From contig JAXLNO010000645.1 in NCBI GenBank assembly GCA_038087875.1, positions 1 to 64,000 of the forward strand: 64,000 bases of DNA, read 5' to 3'. The notes under the pieces are model-generated. The model saw only the letters and a list, made by a program, of their open reading frames with translations. It was not told where the DNA came from and did not search any database. Shown here piece after piece: positions 62,410 to 64,000 of the stretch (positions are counted from its first letter, which is position 1; each line of letters starts with the position of its first letter). Made by a program: the position numbers and the translations under genes. The DNA is from Malacoraja senta (taxonomy: Eukaryota).

Positions 62410-63000
62410 TGTGTGCTGAATTTTTGTCGAATTTCGTGTCCTGAAAGCTCGTCACTTTTCATGTGCTGAATTTTTATCGCTTTTCGCAGTATGATTTTTC
62501 GTCTATTTTCGTGTGCTGAAATTTCGTCGCTTTTCACGTCCTGCAATATCGTTGCTTTATGCGTGCTGAATTTTTCTCACCTTTTGCATGCTGAATTTTT
62601 GTCGCCTTTCGCGTGCTTCATTTTCATCGCCTTTCGCGTGCTTCATTTTTTAAATCACTTTTTGCGTCCTGAAGGGTCGTTGCTTTTCGCATGCTGAAGT
62701 TTCGTCGCTTTTCGCTTCCTGAAATTACGTCGCTTTTCGTATGCTGATTTATCGTCGCTTTTCGCATGTTTCATTTTCATCACTTTTCGCATAAAAAGGT
62801 TCGTCGCTTTTCGCGTACTGAATTTTCCTCGCTTTTCCAGTGCTTCATTTTCATCGCTTTTCGCGTCCTGACGGTTCGTCGCTTTTTGCATGCTGAATTT
62901 TCATCGATTTTCACATGCTGAATATTCGTCACTTTTTGCGTGCTGAATTTTCGTCGCTTTTCATGTTCTCTAATTACGTCAATTTTCGCATGCTGAATAG

Positions 63001-63765
63001 GTACCATTGTAGCGCCATTAGAGCGCATGAGATATAGGCCGGGTGGGTGGCCAGTAGACTGGAGAGTCAGACCGGAGGATCCCCGATTCAGGCAGATAGT
63101 TTATTATATTCAAAACCGCGTTGCGAGGCCAGCGCAGGGAATGCCTGGGGAAGGTCCAGATTTAGCGTTGGCCTACAGGAGAGCCAGCATATGAAGTGCC
63201 TGGGGAAGGTCCGGCTTAGCACTGTCCCTACAGGAACCAGCGTGGGGAGTGCCTGGTGGAAGTCCAGGCTTAGCGTTGGTCTATAGGAGTGCCAGCGCAT
63301 GGAGTGCTTTAGAAGGTCCGGCTCAGCGTTGGCCTAAGAGAGAGCCAGCGTAGGGAGTACTTGGGAAGTTCCGGTTCAGCGCTGGCCTACATGTGAGCCA
63401 GTGTGAGCAATGCCTGGTTGAAGGCAATTTTTATGCGTTGATCTACAGGAGAGCCAGCGCCAACTATGTCTGGAGGGACAGTTTAAGCATTGAAAGAGGG
63501 CTGCCATTGCATGGGCCTACAGGAGCCCGCACGGCGAGCACCTGGAAAATGGTTTACTATGCGCAGGCCTATGGGAGAGCCAGCGCTAGAAACACCTGAA
63601 GCAGTATGTCATTTCGCCCCTCCATGAGAAGGATTATTTCATACAAAAATTCAGTAAACGAATCATGAGGACTAGCGCCCAATAACAGTGCCGAAACGAC
63701 CAGATTTGGCACAATATATCAAAGTTGTGGTTCCAAAATTATAAGGGGAACCATTGGAAGATAAA
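63001..63765 (+). mobile_element. Decayed DIRS gag fragment of a related subfamily, with ~9 units of the 54-bp repeat
   Basis: Homologous to ~8575-9225: ggccagtagact..agtcagacc, ggcctacaggagagccagc repeats, gcgctagaaacacctgaagcag. Confidence 0.88.
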
Positions 63766-64000
63766 TTTTACTTCGGAGTCACGTGAGTGACTACGTGAAG
63801 AAGACCCCGTCCAGCCGCACACGCGTCATTATCGATCAGACGCATAGCGTTCATGACCGTGTGTGGAGGAGCAGCAGCTCCTCCAGGCGGTGAGTAAAGC
63901 AAATTTAAAGTAAAAATCGGACAAGGTAAGTGGTTTCGTTTTTACTTACAGGGCGCTTTTCTTCCCGCTCAGACGTGTTGGCAGAGGTCCACACAAACTC
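63766..64000 (+). mobile_element. Left end of another DIRS element, running off the window
   Basis: TTTTACTTCGGAGTCACGTGAGTG is identical to 8294-8317. It continues with the ITR segment complementary to 13135-13175 and shares aaggtaagtggtttc with 8359-8373. Confidence 0.92.

Larger units (their letters stand above)
13240..62998 (+). repeat. ~50 kb array of diverged 25-bp CpG-rich satellite DNA, interrupted by CR1 insertions
   Basis: Consensus ~GCTGAATTTTCGTCGCTTTTCGCAT/CGCGT, T-rich on the plus strand. Recurrent variant monomers include cctgaaggttcg, gcttcattttcatc, cctgaaagctcg and cccgatgttttgttg. Confidence 0.98.

Noticed and set aside
13240..62998. CRISPR-like appearance of the short repeats
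   Set aside because: Monomers are contiguous with no unique spacers, there are no cas genes, and the context is eukaryotic.
13240..62998. CENP-B box in the satellite (TTCG...CG)
   Set aside because: Lacks the required A and CGGG of NTTCGNNNNANNCGGGN.
13589..63028. Dozens of K/R-rich (KSDENSAREKRRKF) and F-rich ORFs
   Set aside because: These are translations of the 25-bp satellite (three monomers = 25 codons). They occur in all frames with no gene structure.

Overview
Eukaryotic, repeat-dominated DNA. It is vertebrate, and the SINE, CR1 and Penelope types suggest a cartilaginous fish (inference). No intact host gene is identifiable. 1-1.8 kb holds a CpG-island promoter (TATA, CCAAT, GC boxes, candidate first exon on the minus strand) between the arms of an old inverted duplication. 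2-8.3 kb holds SINE, Penelope-like (with decayed hammerhead-ribozyme motifs), CR1 and RTE fragments, a small 25-bp satellite block, two minisatellites and a nearly intact Passport-like Tc1 transposon. 8.3-13.2 kb is a near full-length, decayed DIRS1-type tyrosine-recombinase retrotransposon with ITRs and ICR. 13.2-63.0 kb is a ~50 kb array of a CpG-rich 25-bp satellite (consensus ~GCTGAATTTTCGTCGCTTTTCGCAT). The array contains a tandemly duplicated CR1 insertion, a CR1 tail-only scar, a ~1.1 kb inverted duplication and very recent kb-scale duplications. 63.0-64.0 kb is a DIRS gag fragment with a second DIRS inserted into it. Almost all ORFs called between 13 and 63 kb outside the CR1 copies are satellite artefacts. 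I see no demonstrably new system. The best leads are the HSE-like pentamer register of the satellite, the satellite block lodged in a hammerhead motif, DIRS integration at ATTTT, and the mirror-duplicated promoter. All alignments were done by eye.
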